From Pelagomonas calceolata (taxonomy: Eukaryota), in contig CAKKNE010000002.1 of NCBI GenBank assembly GCA_918797485.1, forward strand, positions 2,790,001 through 2,854,000: a stretch of 64,000 nt of DNA, read 5' to 3'. The first letter of the stretch is position 1, and each line of letters starts with the position of its first letter. The translations under genes and the position numbers were made by a program. The notes beneath the pieces are model-generated. The model was not told the origin of the DNA and did no database searches. It worked only from the letters and a program-made list of their open reading frames with translations. Below are positions 23,001 to 31,090 of this stretch, in pieces.

Positions 23001-24771
23001 CTCGAGCGAGGACCTGGTGGCCTGGCCCGACGCGGGCGCGGAAGCGTGGCCGTGGTCGGCGCAGTGCGACGCGGAGCTCGTGGCAGTCGTCGACGGCGTG
23101 GCGGCGCGGCGGAACTGCGCGCCGGCGCTGGCGCCGCCGTCGCTCGTGGCCAAGGCGCTGGCCTTCGACGCCGACCACAGGTGCGGCCGCGTCGGCGCGT
23201 TGCGGGGCTGCCCGGCGCCCGTCGTCGCGGCGCGGCTGGGCGAGCTGCTCCACCTCGATGCGAGCGTTTCGACGGTATTGCCGTTCCTCGATTTGTCGAG
23301 CGGCGACGCCGCGGCCGCGGACTTTGAAAAGGGCGGGTCGCACTACGCGGCGGCCGACGGCGGCGGCGGCTTGAGCGGCACGGGGCCGGATTCGTGGTGG
23401 GCCGGCCTCGTGCCGCAGCACACGGCGTATGATGCGGAAGTCGCCCAAGAGACGCCCGCTCTGTCGGCCCTCCTCGCGCCGGCTTCAAAAAGTGTGGGCG
23501 GTCGAGCCTACGTGAAGTGCCGGGACGCCGTCTTCGACGCGACGAAGCGCAAGTACTGGCGCGACGTGCTCGAGGCCACGACGACGCATACGCCGCCGCC
23601 GCCCGACGAGTACGACCGGCCCGAGGAGCTGCGGGAGTTTGTTGTGGATCGGTTGAGGGCGACGAAAGCCCCACTGACCGACGACGACGACGGCGACGAG
23701 GCGGCGCGCCTGGCGAGGCGCGAACACCCGACAGTCTTCGGCCAGCTGCGGAATCAACTGCGGGGCGTGCGGCCGGCGCAGCTGCGCCGGGCCTTTGTGC
23801 ACATGCAGGACGGGGGGCAACCTAGAGCCTTTTACGTCAAGTTCGTCGGCGAGGGCGTCGACGACCACGGCGGGCCGTACCGGGCGACCTTCCAGGCGGC
23901 TTTGGCGGACGAGCCGGTGCGGAGCTTGCAACTTGTTACGGAAGGAGGCGCGTTGAACTCGTCGGGGAGTTGTCCGGAGGCCTGGTTCCACCATTTAGGG
24001 AGGTTACTAGGCGTCGCGGGCCGGCACCGCGTGCCGGTGGCGCTGGAGCTCGGCGCGTCGGTCTGGGCGCCGTTATCCGGCGAGCCGCTGTCAAAAACCT
24101 TCGCGGCGGACGCCGACGGCGCGATCGGCTGCGCGCTCGAGGAGTGCTACGGCTCGAAGCCGAGCGTCGACGCGGTCGAGCGCCTGGCGGATGTCGTTGG
24201 GCCCATGGACGACCCTAACACCTTGGCGCTGCACGCCTCGCAGACGCTAGCGGCGCGCCAGCGGCCGAGCCTCGCGCGGCTCGCGCGCGGCGCGGGCGCG
24301 GCCCTGCCGAACGAGCTCTTCGCGCTCTTCGGCCCGAAGCGCCTCAAGGACGTCGTCTGCGGCGAGGCGCGCGTCGACCTCCAGGACCTCCAGGCGCGCG
24401 CGACCTACGAGGGCGGCGTCTGCGCCGACGACGCGCACGTCGAGAAGCTGTGGGACGCGCTCGCGACCTTCGACGCCGACGAGCTCGCGGGCTTCGTCGA
24501 GTTCTGCTCCGGGTCGGCGCGGCCGCCGCGCCGCGACGCGCCGCGATCCACTAGAGCTCTGAAGATCACGGCGCCGCCGCCGGGCGCCGAGCGCGAGCCC
24601 GACGCGTACTTCCCGCTCTCGCAGACGTGCTTCTTCTCGCTGGCGCTGCCGCGCTACTCGTCCGTCGACATCTGCGCCGAGAAGCTGCGGTACGCCATCA
24701 CGCACGCGCACCTCATGGACGCTGACTTCCTCCTGCGACAGGCGGACGGCTGGGAGGCCATGTCGCCCTGA
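11008..24771 (+). CDS. Giant multidomain HECT E3 ubiquitin ligase (SPRY, LamG/ConA-like, UBA, SUMO-like, MORN-like, HECT)
   Basis: Single 4587-aa ORF. C-terminal HECT motifs VKFVGEGVDDHGGPY and FPLSQTCFFSLALPRYSS; SPRY motifs GRHYWEV and GDVVGVLLDCDRGTLSF; UBA motif VERLAEMGF. Confidence 0.9.
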   Translation: MAADEQLRKLLAAHAPKRTTTAAPPQPIDDEGAAAAARAELRRQRPASRSDAPAETLESALSQGSARALAAALARMPASGAATEAQRADCRKLLALRPLPLDRYAAALAAAAERERDAAYRRARARLRFVDGGEATGPDEFDATRIGALAACSQLRAPRKRDVAAGRARYYFEASLRSAGAAGTLGWGRHEADGSTTIVAAITFRGGIREASWSSVEDDYGEDVALLNEEDEPPAPPARRPRRTPGQHPNSVQAPPQRVAGCLYDAHSNSVAFALDGVCVRVCRVPGDGGLFPICRADPSAAPLDDDDEDEERKEAETRGVRLNAGAQSFSRDPEGLAASLQKALQLKGEPRLRCRAARSATRATFLRGAVKAQATDVATLEVVCRFDEKPPARVCVARAPAMSLWVEFDEDRERCVCAFSGSSVASPWVQARLERWRHLAVSIGDDGPPSMYGDGALLDAAPCEFEQNDSDDVAFGLPCDDTADQFCGTISECRAWSSSRTPRAVSARCGRGACAGDEPDLIGLWPLDEGVGGEARNCAVRAPSPLKEACAVSSDAWVHDGDNDDDVETVSLPQGDPDVLDREAFRDPGDDDPAELTDALMACVTRARDEEEASLQVLSIAAHARTFQLASVALWAQRSDEDQARRLRADADDATRLVAGRPQLPAALPACASMLTRSLASVNEVSAAAALCAARWARAAAGWLRRSRASTREAALPKAVREELVRAAVRVAEGALGTDDDIVRRHARVECARLVADHADLLFDAVDARRSCFVRSLEDHPGLLAEFLGRRYAASPQLLSELVPPSLRPVRLGKARRLCTKAAQDAIDDAKALTGNGVEYTDRAPCRRGDVCILTTRSPREARTVGIVTDVDGNNIKVEWREGPRKRRADPVQKYPNGDVLLRRCSARRVLGPALVGDDDAPRCPSALKKRVLVDGLRLVATRSWLARRRLLLEPPDALPDEASGEPPPDPRGDVARSRTCDDLRALYEDACGEFGYWPATLDDATANQGEAEARCLTLFGRLIELLDGHAWARDLFDAMLAEAGADDEEIDSERFCGAPRVLSRVARDLMTIPNQKERALSALAALARFDAVDGAAAKELLAALKNKADGPAAVVARVAGLALAALARPPPLALQGVEPCAFDEGTGEAAVPAFASVKDNCTSVAAPLLNLGGAVLEPAVEALWRASVMLGGDPADAFATAAPGVRIWAKGRAAEHVLEASAAHVVAASAALATLAAQAAPAVALREATRDDAAERCLAFRRRAARRASAASNRRWALRAALELYEALPPAARGPLAREIARALWPGCNAVTPPDRDALAYAQRAVAADGSFAALYGALGEDALRAARAGDDVAPLLSCFSDDTLPPETVETLVSVERALRDRGRHDDARAALETLFKVRAPAAALLAAATAHAAKLPESHADRACAAVCFAVADAEGAAWAPFCAEVVARAPPHGDARAAGWRLAETLLKRPEAAGDAICALAARALEGCPRPGPARAARAALCLPASGAAPLAVATLAEGGAKATALLEAIGLTTFLGVDGHAENLDGVADDVAAAVFELFATRCLDNSDSESDERGRAAAAAAAVALAVAGVASDAGRARRARLRETLAREGRGAALLRLAAAPLAGVPGLGALARLKDAATDARPAETADAAAVERLAEMGFDRGWCETALLDARGDVDAALATLLGRAADAEAAAEAPPATDDPFPRHYACERAAVVVRSAPRRTAPAVARLVDHDVVAVEQRGAWLRVRAARRGGGAAPPRDALYAAFQGGRVALSTGSVASTDDDAPAAPALHLLRRGLDTPATPAALSAENLRRRLRSDGVVLGSGFTPPEQQRAPSEVSAAPSEMTANVSDVGELLRGSRRQVREVTVQEELDDDDDDGGDDQGSLVEPAGSLIEDASAAPSVSATETEDATRTTAIDASVASFEPPARRAASIASSWTNARASLAGDDGVSDRISEQPDQEESDDASLDDEDASLVEPARAPRPPAQASGWVLAADLAPFCVRPRRARPARGPAPYPGLERDVGDEAYRRDDRFFGARHGSSPPDADACADGARSGSSPLGRTRRAARAAPDACWAALWRLRARELLVALVSAWAAGDEGVVEDARPLVALLSDEEGVPREFASFLALVLFRDWRPAWWPRDATAKALTGRPAAAPLSFELRGALLPALLQRPTRLLLRHATFGPPLAAALADVCRRHVATDAGPKADADACAVLFGEEDDPLVVNDDDAVKGGRLALAQWCCRTLTEEPTAALDGAFDAFSSLLASDDLRRKQHACAELARVLAALQDRGDDDKASELARRLPRRRLENLARRRCLREAEDAPVHSRVCQAFVDLAARVRALCPADGEHDRARFALELTGGEARVEVNAGDVPPPWTAEFVLRRDRLDDAAEPPNDDSDEDDDDATDGGATWLAPVVLAGSRAGAELRLQHGGAAFGDGGPDAPDEAACVSVDGQTFEYKVPTEKWVHLAFVCRERRATSTAALCPRAFDSYEAAPKHVVELFADGRLVGCVASAAALPLGAVGLVEGAAPSTEKRPRAPPARSPRARVALARYWCVARTAADVRRSCERQAPLGAARGLLAAFRLAFDDAEDAGWPATRAPSVVEDATGNHRSVNLAGGAVWIKAPRAPLEPICKEREPFDFLEARGTTTRRAVTGVQAGVLARDKNEAFVLRLRRKGAQHLEGEAEWTERGLVCAVKGSVKEDKFRVVVGDVLHGSCGDDSDDDPGRADDERACDGCCAVSPRDAVISGERTAFGEWSGSVEFEVDAVQKHYVDQGLLDEAALPKGLDVREVGGAFADANDALRTPRRALVVAAASGGRFCGVASAPVAFDGESDEDDAPACDASRLKDDDAGVKAGDASLAADVAARACARKLSSLDLDKPQAPIKAQVDAALELADAARVARAKARRLNKPVADAATCAERARRRDAGPPPREVSAKKPPPQKPQDPVPRGSSGGRTSTKIVEKAPNLGSAKQNTRIVGEPPAGTLHVRIRDNVAALGEETYFKVKWSTRMERVFQAYAVRKRSSLDTLRFRLPGADRDIGMDETSTSLGLEDLALIDCFAKEPEELMKEEELAPARAVEAAVDAALDAARAAAEAEAPPSPPRPGRPRPPSSPKQEADAKEARDLDPPSSSKNEVGSFGATSGVWCWEWEARRVASGDVGVGLVAAGHDATTALGGSKTSPWCYRSCGALAGRGEVRSAPAFGAGDVIGVELRIEGGRGSVRFYKNDVEATAQQATEASLATLKIAEIPEGGLRPACHVGGAGDALIWRGCKRGRSARSYAPEGCEDCDGARSYEGSYDARTGARHGPSGVVRYRRCAGRWVGPWRRDRMHGVQLWVEPAPASQEASAFCDGDEIVAPVLFLDGRRIRALDDEDGAEAMRSYFASKAQAPEEAAAEEQPALSEEEDDEDCGEDQPPWTLRVVYREGATARRGVEIDASDVVGRVGAGEEVVAHKRAVTQDGVPRYLVKLPRSGDEEDKSGWISERLRGGARDAVCVVLRHVVRGRPLRYRVVRPGGAMVRATPSLDGAEVGLAPAWTALNVAERVRLPGGTTRLRVVAPSRWAGWASEKDHIVRREPSRAEVARAARAREARRRRRVRKAREDADKARVTRLERKRRAKRPAVELPPVRATWACRAETRHLLDRRECGAGLKVSEDLLTATCTAPRRGRGLALASTRMRTGRHYWEVAVERATWGSVFVGVAAVGAGRGPAAPLKAPGAAAGWAGVGFVNYRATQAFGAEALYGSYYGPGDVVGVLLDCDRGTLSFVKDGDDFNAGRAVVAHLGTAYSDVWRRFGRSCPGARAGLYACLGLKGDGDRLSLRGSKAWTDGMDVPPRLDAFQRAAGGIEALRAFAEARRFSTALPDAFRAAAAAATAKWRETFDGVQGKRVLARSRARVDVALDASEEAFAKALDRAGRPEAQLKAGDTVDAPHGNGVVLGCDAHHRVWAAVPGVDDDRAWYWTPEELARRLDDGLVAPASDSSEDLVAWPDAGAEAWPWSAQCDAELVAVVDGVAARRNCAPALAPPSLVAKALAFDADHRCGRVGALRGCPAPVVAARLGELLHLDASVSTVLPFLDLSSGDAAAADFEKGGSHYAAADGGGGLSGTGPDSWWAGLVPQHTAYDAEVAQETPALSALLAPASKSVGGRAYVKCRDAVFDATKRKYWRDVLEATTTHTPPPPDEYDRPEELREFVVDRLRATKAPLTDDDDGDEAARLARREHPTVFGQLRNQLRGVRPAQLRRAFVHMQDGGQPRAFYVKFVGEGVDDHGGPYRATFQAALADEPVRSLQLVTEGGALNSSGSCPEAWFHHLGRLLGVAGRHRVPVALELGASVWAPLSGEPLSKTFAADADGAIGCALEECYGSKPSVDAVERLADVVGPMDDPNTLALHASQTLAARQRPSLARLARGAGAALPNELFALFGPKRLKDVVCGEARVDLQDLQARATYEGGVCADDAHVEKLWDALATFDADELAGFVEFCSGSARPPRRDAPRSTRALKITAPPPGAEREPDAYFPLSQTCFFSLALPRYSSVDICAEKLRYAITHAHLMDADFLLRQADGWEAMSP

Positions 24772-24823
24772 AGATGTAGTAAGTAAGAAGGCCCTTTTGA
24801 ATACACAATCTTATGATTCTCAG

Positions 24824-25246
24824 TCAGTCATCGTACGTGCAGATACCGATGCCGAGCTGAACATTCTTGCACGTGGCCTTGCCGCACTGGTTCGCGCCAC
24901 TGTGTCCTCCGGGAATGCAGACCAGCGCGCAGTAGCCCTGGCCCGAGCCCTGGTCCTGGAGCGCGCACTCCGGCGCCGCGGTCACGCCCTTGGGCACGTC
25001 GGTCGGGCAGGTGCTCTTGAGGGGCCCGGTGCAGGGCGGCGTGCAGAAATCTCCACCCAGGCCCTGGACCTGGACCGCCGTCTCGTCCTTGAGGCAGCCG
25101 TCCGCCGGGTCGCCGTAATGTGTGGCGTTCTTGCTCGAGCCGACAAACGTGAGCGTGAGCCTCTCCTTCTTCTGGCGCTCGCTCACGCGCAGGCCGACGG
25201 CGGAGGCGGACGCGAGCAGCGCCGCGAGGAGCGTCTTGCGAACCAT
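24824..25246 (-). CDS. Small secreted cysteine-rich protein
   Basis: Signal peptide MVRKTLLAALLASASA, then a Cys-rich domain HYGDPADGC...CPTDVP...CALVC...GICTY. Confidence 0.8.
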   Translation of the reverse strand: MVRKTLLAALLASASAVGLRVSERQKKERLTLTFVGSSKNATHYGDPADGCLKDETAVQVQGLGGDFCTPPCTGPLKSTCPTDVPKGVTAAPECALQDQGSGQGYCALVCIPGGHSGANQCGKATCKNVQLGIGICTYDD

Positions 25247-25759
25247 GATGGAATGAGCCTGCGGGCAGCATTGGCGTCCAACCAAAGAGATGATGCTCTC
25301 TCAGGGATTGATTACTGAATCCCGGGAGGAAACAGGTCGGTGTGGAGTTCAAGATGGTTAACAAATATGTTAATATTGAGCGTTCGGTATCTCTGACGCT
25401 GTCCTATACAGTGCTTTGCCCTGCTCGCAGCTTAATTTTAGAGGGACCAGCGTGTGACACACTAGCTCTGATAATTTGAACCGCGCAGGTCTCCAAGGAA
25501 TCACACAGACGCACGGTACCCATCCAGAAGAGAGATGCCGCAACTCGTGCGGAGAGAAGGGGGCTGCCCAGGGCAGCGCAGGACCAAGAGAGTTGGCAGG
25601 AGAAAAGAGAGCTAACAGCTCGTGAGAGCTGAGAGCTAACGTACCCCAGCCACAAATCCGGCCCAGCGCAGGAGCAAAGCGAGCTGGCAAGAGCTCGTGC
25701 TGTCGCGGCTGCCCAGCAACATACCATGCATCCACACCATGAGTAAGGCAGCATAGATC

Positions 25760-26950
25760 ATGGGCAAGCGTAGGATGTCGCGGGAGGCCGCCCTAGAGGC
25801 GCTGGGCGTGGCCCGAGACGCGCCGCCCGAGGACGTGCGCCGGGCCTACCACCGGAAGGCCCTCGCGAGTCACCCCGACAAGGGCGGCAGCGCGGCGGCC
25901 TTCCAGCAGGTCAAGGAGGCCTTCGAGGTCGCGAAGCGGCCGGCGGTCGCGCCGGCGGTCGCCGCCGCGCGTGCCGCGGCCGCTGCGCCGGCGCCGGCGC
26001 CAGCGGCGCCGACCTCGACCGCCCACGCCACGCTGGGCGGCCAGGCGGGCTACGCGCGCGTCTTCCGCTGCTACGTCTGCGGCGAGGCTTTTCCGTCCAA
26101 ACGGCGGCTGCAGCACCACACGCGCACGGAGCACGCGGCGCCCGACGCGCCCGCGGCGCCGGCGAAGCGCCTCGTCAACGGCCGCTGCAACACGTGCGGC
26201 TGGAAGACGTGCCAGTGCGAGACGGCCCCGGTCTGGGCGGCGGCGCCGCCGCCGCGCCGCCGCCGCAGCGCGCCCGACCGGCCGGCCGACAAGAGGCAGG
26301 AGTGGTTCATGCGCGTGCGCGACCGCTACGAAAGGCGGGGCGGGTCGATGGACGACGTCTCCGTGCCGCCGTGCCTGTCGGACGACCGGCGCTCGGCCAA
26401 TCGCGTGGTGGAGGAACAGGTCCTACTACTACGGCAAATGGGCTTTTCGAAAGCACATGCTGAGGCCTATGCGGACGCGGAGCTGCAGCTCCACGTGATT
26501 CTGGACGTCATGTGCGACGACGGCGTGGAGGGCGAGGACCCGCCGCCGCCCGGACCCGTCGCCCGCGCGATGAGCCGCCTCCTCCGCGCGGTGACCTGGT
26601 CTCGGAAGCAGAAGAAGCGCGATACGCAAGAGGAGAGCGACGACGAGACCTGGACGCCCGCGTCGGATTTTGCCTTTGCCTGCGGTCCCGAGCTCAATCG
26701 CGAAAAGTGGAATGCCAAGCGGGCGACGAGCAAAAACGTCCCGGCCAACGGCGCGCGAATGAAGAAGCTGATCGCCGCGGCGCCGGAGACGTGGAAGAAG
26801 ATGCCGGTGCCGAAGACTGCGCCGGAGCAGGTCGCCGCGCTCGTGGCCCTGGGCTTCTCGGCCGCGGACGCGGAGCCCTACGCCGACGCGGCCCTCTCGC
26901 TCGACCAGATCCTCGATCATATGTGCGCCGACGGCGTTGTGCGTGTGTAA
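25760..26950 (+). CDS. DnaJ-domain protein with C2H2 zinc finger and two UBA-like repeats
   Basis: J domain with HPDKGG; CYVCGEAFPSKRRLQHHTRTEH; repeats LRQMGFS..MCDDGV and LVALGFS..MCADGV. Confidence 0.85.
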   Translation: MGKRRMSREAALEALGVARDAPPEDVRRAYHRKALASHPDKGGSAAAFQQVKEAFEVAKRPAVAPAVAAARAAAAAPAPAPAAPTSTAHATLGGQAGYARVFRCYVCGEAFPSKRRLQHHTRTEHAAPDAPAAPAKRLVNGRCNTCGWKTCQCETAPVWAAAPPPRRRRSAPDRPADKRQEWFMRVRDRYERRGGSMDDVSVPPCLSDDRRSANRVVEEQVLLLRQMGFSKAHAEAYADAELQLHVILDVMCDDGVEGEDPPPPGPVARAMSRLLRAVTWSRKQKKRDTQEESDDETWTPASDFAFACGPELNREKWNAKRATSKNVPANGARMKKLIAAAPETWKKMPVPKTAPEQVAALVALGFSAADAEPYADAALSLDQILDHMCADGVVRV

Positions 26951-26993
26951 TAATATAGAACTTCACATTACGTAGTAGGGGGGGTCGTGGCGC

Positions 26994-27875
26994 TCAGAGC
27001 TTCCCGGCGCTATTGACACGCGCCTCGAGTGGTGTCTGGTCGACGCGCGGGTCGAGGAAGCCTGCGGCGGCGATGCCGCCAGCCGTGAGCAGGATGCCCG
27101 CGGGCACAAAGAGGGCTCGCGCGTTCGGAATATCGGCTTCCTGGACCAACGCCGTACCGACGGCCGCACCGCCGACGAACCCAAGCGAGAGGCGTCCGTA
27201 GAGGCCTAAGCGATTCTTCTCGGCTTGGGTAAATCCGCAGCCGTCCTTTCGCAGCAGCCGGCCCATGGCGCGGCCGAGGATAAGGCCCACATCGGTCGCG
27301 CAGCCGGTCATATGCGTCGTGCGCACCATGCTTGATGACACGGCCGTCGCAAGGCCGTTCTGTGCGCCGAAGGCACACGCAGCACCTATCACCGGCAAAA
27401 ATCCGAAGCCGTGTCCATGTTCGGCCTCCTGCAGCGCGGCCGCCAGCGCGAGGAGCACGGCTGTGGCCATCACGATGCGTCCATAGGCCCGCGCATGAGT
27501 GCGGTCGAACATGCCCGCCGGCACCGTCGCGCCCGCCAGCGCCGCGCCGACGACGTACCCGAGCACGGCGAGGCATGGAGCGGTTGCCGCAGGCCCATTT
27601 GCAAGGACCATTCCGGCTTTCGTCAGACTACCGGTGACGTGCGTCACGCCGGTGGCCTTGATTCCGGGCGCCATGAACACGCCGAGCATTGCGCAGGCGT
27701 TCGTGCAGCCCGCGCAGAAGGCCAGCACGGCCGCAGCTGTCAGGACGATTGGCGCAGGGTCCGGTGATCCCAACAGCGTGTAGCTGGGACGCCGCTGGAG
27801 CGTCGGCTTGGGGGCTTCGCCGTTCGTCTCGGCGGTCCCATTTGCGGTCTCACTTGTCGGTGCTTCGCGCGACAT
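26994..27875 (-). CDS. YoaK/DUF1275-family membrane protein
   Basis: LAFCAGCTNA, VTHVTG, GAQNGL and VRTTHMTG..TD motifs; multiple TM segments. Confidence 0.85.
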   Translation of the reverse strand: MSREAPTSETANGTAETNGEAPKPTLQRRPSYTLLGSPDPAPIVLTAAAVLAFCAGCTNACAMLGVFMAPGIKATGVTHVTGSLTKAGMVLANGPAATAPCLAVLGYVVGAALAGATVPAGMFDRTHARAYGRIVMATAVLLALAAALQEAEHGHGFGFLPVIGAACAFGAQNGLATAVSSSMVRTTHMTGCATDVGLILGRAMGRLLRKDGCGFTQAEKNRLGLYGRLSLGFVGGAAVGTALVQEADIPNARALFVPAGILLTAGGIAAAGFLDPRVDQTPLEARVNSAGKL

Positions 27876-28151
27876 TTTTGGGGGTTTTGAGGCAGCCCCG
27901 CTTTTTTAGTCTTGGTGAGGCAGCCCGTCTTTTTAGTCCACTAACCTTGTTGGTGGCCTTGCGTGCGCTCAAACTCGCTGAGCGCGCCGAGGCGGGGCGA
28001 GGCGAGCTGTTGTCGGGGCTCAAACGTCTACGCGTGCCGCGCTGGCACTAATGCCGCAGCACAAAAGTCGCCTTTGACGCTCGACGTGAGTGGGCGGCAC
28101 TCAAAGGGAGGAAATTTAGCGATAGCCGAGGACGGATCTCACATGTATTAC

Positions 28152-29165
28152 TCACGAATAGACGACGCGGTGGCACAGCCCGGCCGCCCCGGCGCGCGCG
28201 CCGCAGACGCGTGGCAGCGCGGCGGGCAGGTCCTCGAACGCGACGGCGTCGCGCTCGAAGAGCACGTCGAGCGACGCGTCGCCCGCCAGCTTCAGGGCGA
28301 GATTCATCCGCCGCGTATAATCCCAGCGCGGCCGCTTCGACGGCGGCAGGTTGCCGACCTGCGAGCTTTTGAGCGTCAGCCGCCGCGCGTGGAACGGCCC
28401 GCCGAGCGGGAGGGGCACGACGGTGCTCCCGTGCCACGATGCCTCGACCACGACGGCCTCGTCGCCGGCCAGCGCGAGTGCGGCCGCCGCGCCGGCCGCG
28501 GCGCCCGACGCGTGCACCACGACGTCGCGGTCGCCGGCCCCGTCGCCGAGCGCGCCCGCCAGGCCAAAGGACGCGCCCAGCGCCTCCGCCACCCGCCGCC
28601 GCCGCCCGTCGACGTCGACGAGCAGCACGTCGACGCCCGGGATGCGTGCTGCGACCCACGCCACGAGGCAGCCGACGACGCCCGCGCCGACGACGGCCAC
28701 GCGGTCGCCCACGCCGATGCCCGCGTCCCAGACGACGTTGATCGCCGTCTCCAGGTTCGGCGCCAGCACCGCGCGCGCCGACGGCGTCGCCGGCGGCACG
28801 ACCCGCACGTCCGCCGCCGGCACGACGTACGCGTCCTGGTGCGGGTGCAGGCAGAAGACGCGCGCGTTTCGTAGGTGTTCCACATCCTTACCACACGCCT
28901 CGACGACGCCGACGCTCACGTAGCCGTACTTCACGGGAAACTCGAACGACCCGCCCATGTGCGGGCAGCGCATGCGCGCGTGCTCCGACGCCGGCACGCG
29001 GCCGGCGAGCACCAGGGATTCCGTGCCTCGGCTGACCGCGCCGTGCGTCGCCCGAACGAGCACGTCGTCCGGTTTCAGGGCGGGCAGCGCTTCCTGCTGC
29101 AGCTCGCACTGGCCCGGTGCTCGGCACCAGCAGGCTCGTGCGGTTGTGGCTTGCATCGATGCCAT
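28152..29165 (-). CDS. Zinc-binding (MDR) dehydrogenase, bacterial-like
   Basis: VSRGTE, FPVKYGY, LHPHQD, Rossmann motif VVGAGVVG and LGGPFHARRL..SSQVG. Confidence 0.85.
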   Translation of the reverse strand: MASMQATTARACWCRAPGQCELQQEALPALKPDDVLVRATHGAVSRGTESLVLAGRVPASEHARMRCPHMGGSFEFPVKYGYVSVGVVEACGKDVEHLRNARVFCLHPHQDAYVVPAADVRVVPPATPSARAVLAPNLETAINVVWDAGIGVGDRVAVVGAGVVGCLVAWVAARIPGVDVLLVDVDGRRRRVAEALGASFGLAGALGDGAGDRDVVVHASGAAAGAAAALALAGDEAVVVEASWHGSTVVPLPLGGPFHARRLTLKSSQVGNLPPSKRPRWDYTRRMNLALKLAGDASLDVLFERDAVAFEDLPAALPRVCGARAGAAGLCHRVVYS

Positions 29166-29520
29166 AACTCTGCTTGCTAGAACCGATGGAAAACTGACTC
29201 TGCGTGCGTTCAGTGCGCCTGAGCAGCCCCATCAACAGCTGCCGTAGTCAATTCGGGTTTTGGGGCACGCGCGAGGGAGCGGTGTCGCGGGAGCTATCCG
29301 GACCGAGCGTGTACGTAAGTTCGCAAAGCTTGCAGGCTGCGCAGCCTGAGCACGGGTTTTACGCGCGCGGTGGCGTCCGGCGCCGTCGGGGCCGGACAAG
29401 ACAAAAAGTATGTAAAAACTCGACTTACAGGATCTATCATCTGCGAGTGCGTGTAGTAACGCCTTGATGTCACGGACGGTCATAGCGATGAGGACCACAG
29501 GCGCGCCTGGGTGGTGGGAT

Positions 29521-31090
29521 CTAGTACTCCTCGCCGAAGTCCTCCTCCTCGCCCTCGCCCTCGGCGGTCTCGGCGCCGACCTCCTCGAAGTCCTTCTCGA
29601 GGGCCGCGAGGTCCTCGCGGGCCTCGGAGAACTCGCCCTCCTCCATGCCCTCGCCGACGTACCAGTGGACGAAGGCGCGCTTGGCGTACATGAGGTCGAA
29701 CTTGTGGTCGATGCGCGAGAGCGCCTCGCCGACGGCCGTCGTGTTGGCGACCATGCAGACCGCGCGCATGACGCGGGCCAAGTCGCCGCCGGGGACCTGC
29801 GGCGCCGGTCGGGGGTCGACGCGCGTCGTGTTGGGTTGGAGGAGCAGGGGTTTGAACCCTGGACTTTCCGCATGCAAAGCGGACGCTCTGCCACTGAGCT
29901 ACACCCCCGCGCAATTCCGACGGGACTCGAACCCGCAACCCCCAGATTCGAAGTCTGATACGCTATCCATTGCGCCACGGAATTTTCGGACGCGGGCCAC
30001 CGACGACCGTGGGCGGCTGGTAGTTGATGCCGCACTTGAAGCCCGTCGGGCACCAGTCGACGAACTGGATCGTGCGCTTGGTCTTGATCGTGGCGACCGA
30101 GGCGTTGACGTCCTTGGGGACGACGTCGCCGCGGTACATGAGGCAGCAGGCCATGTACTTGCCGTGGCGCGGGTCGCACTTGGTCATCATGCCGGCCGGC
30201 TCGAAGACCGAGTTCGTGATCTCGGCGACGGAGAGCTGCTCGTGGTACGCCTTCTCGGCCGAGATGACCGGCGCGTACGACGTGAGCATGAAGTGGATGC
30301 GCGGGTACGGCACGAGGTTCGTCTGGAACTCCGTGATGTCCACGTTGAGCGCGCCGTCGAAGCGGAGCGACGCCGTGAGCGACGAGGCCACCTGGGCGAA
30401 GAGGCGGTTGAGGTTCGTGTACGTCGGGCGCTCGATGTCGAGGTTGCGGCGGCAGACGTCGTAGAGGGCCTCGTTGTCGAGGGCGAACGTCACGTCCGTG
30501 TGCTCGAGGAGCGCGTGCGTCGAGAGCACCGAGTTGTAGGGCTCGACGACGGCGTTGGAGATCTGCGGCGCCGGCGAGATGCAGAACGAGAGCTTGGACT
30601 TGCGGCCGTAGTCGACCGAGAGGCGCTCGAGGAGGAGCGAGCCGAGGCCCGAGCCCGTGCCGCCGCCCGTGGCGTGGAAGGCGAGGAAGCCCTGGAGGCC
30701 CGTGCAGTTGTCCGCGAGCTTGCGGATGCGGTCGAGCACGAGGTCCACGATCTCCTTGCCGATCGTGTAGTGGCCGCGCGCGTAGTTGTTGGCCGCGTCC
30801 TCCTTGCCCGAGATGATCTGCTCGGGGTGGAAGAGCTGGCGGTACGTGCCCGTGCGGATCTCGTCGCAGACCGTCGGCTCGAGGTCGACGTAGACCGCGC
30901 GCGGGACGTGCTTGCCGGCGCCCGTCTCCGAGAAGAACGTGTTGAAGGCGTCGTCGCCGCCGCCGATGGTCTTGTCCGAGGGCATCTGGCCGTCGGGCTG
31001 GATGCCGTGCTCGAGGCAGAAGAGCTCCCAGCAGGCGTTACCGCCCTGGAGACCGGCCTGGCCGATGTGGATGCAGACGCACTCACGCAT
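29521..31090 (-). CDS. TUBA: Alpha-tubulin, 2 exons (31090-30005, 29796-29521), 453 aa
   Basis: [13 protein letters not shown]...GGGTGSG...QPPTV|VPGGDLA...EEY; phase-0 intron 30004-29797 (GTCGGT...CCGCAG). Confidence 0.98.
29837..29908 (-). tRNA. tRNA-Ala(UGC), inside the tubulin intron
   Basis: GGGGGTGTAGCTCAGTGGCAGAGC...TCCGC-TTTGCAT-GCGGA...GGTTCAAACCC; G3:U70 Ala identity pair; one U6.U67 mismatch. Confidence 0.93.
29912..29984 (-). tRNA. tRNA-Arg(UCG), inside the tubulin intron
   Basis: Cloverleaf: acceptor AATTCCG/CGGAATT, D arm GCGC-AATGGATA-GCGT, anticodon loop CTTCGAA, T loop TTCGAGT, discriminator G. Confidence 0.93.
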
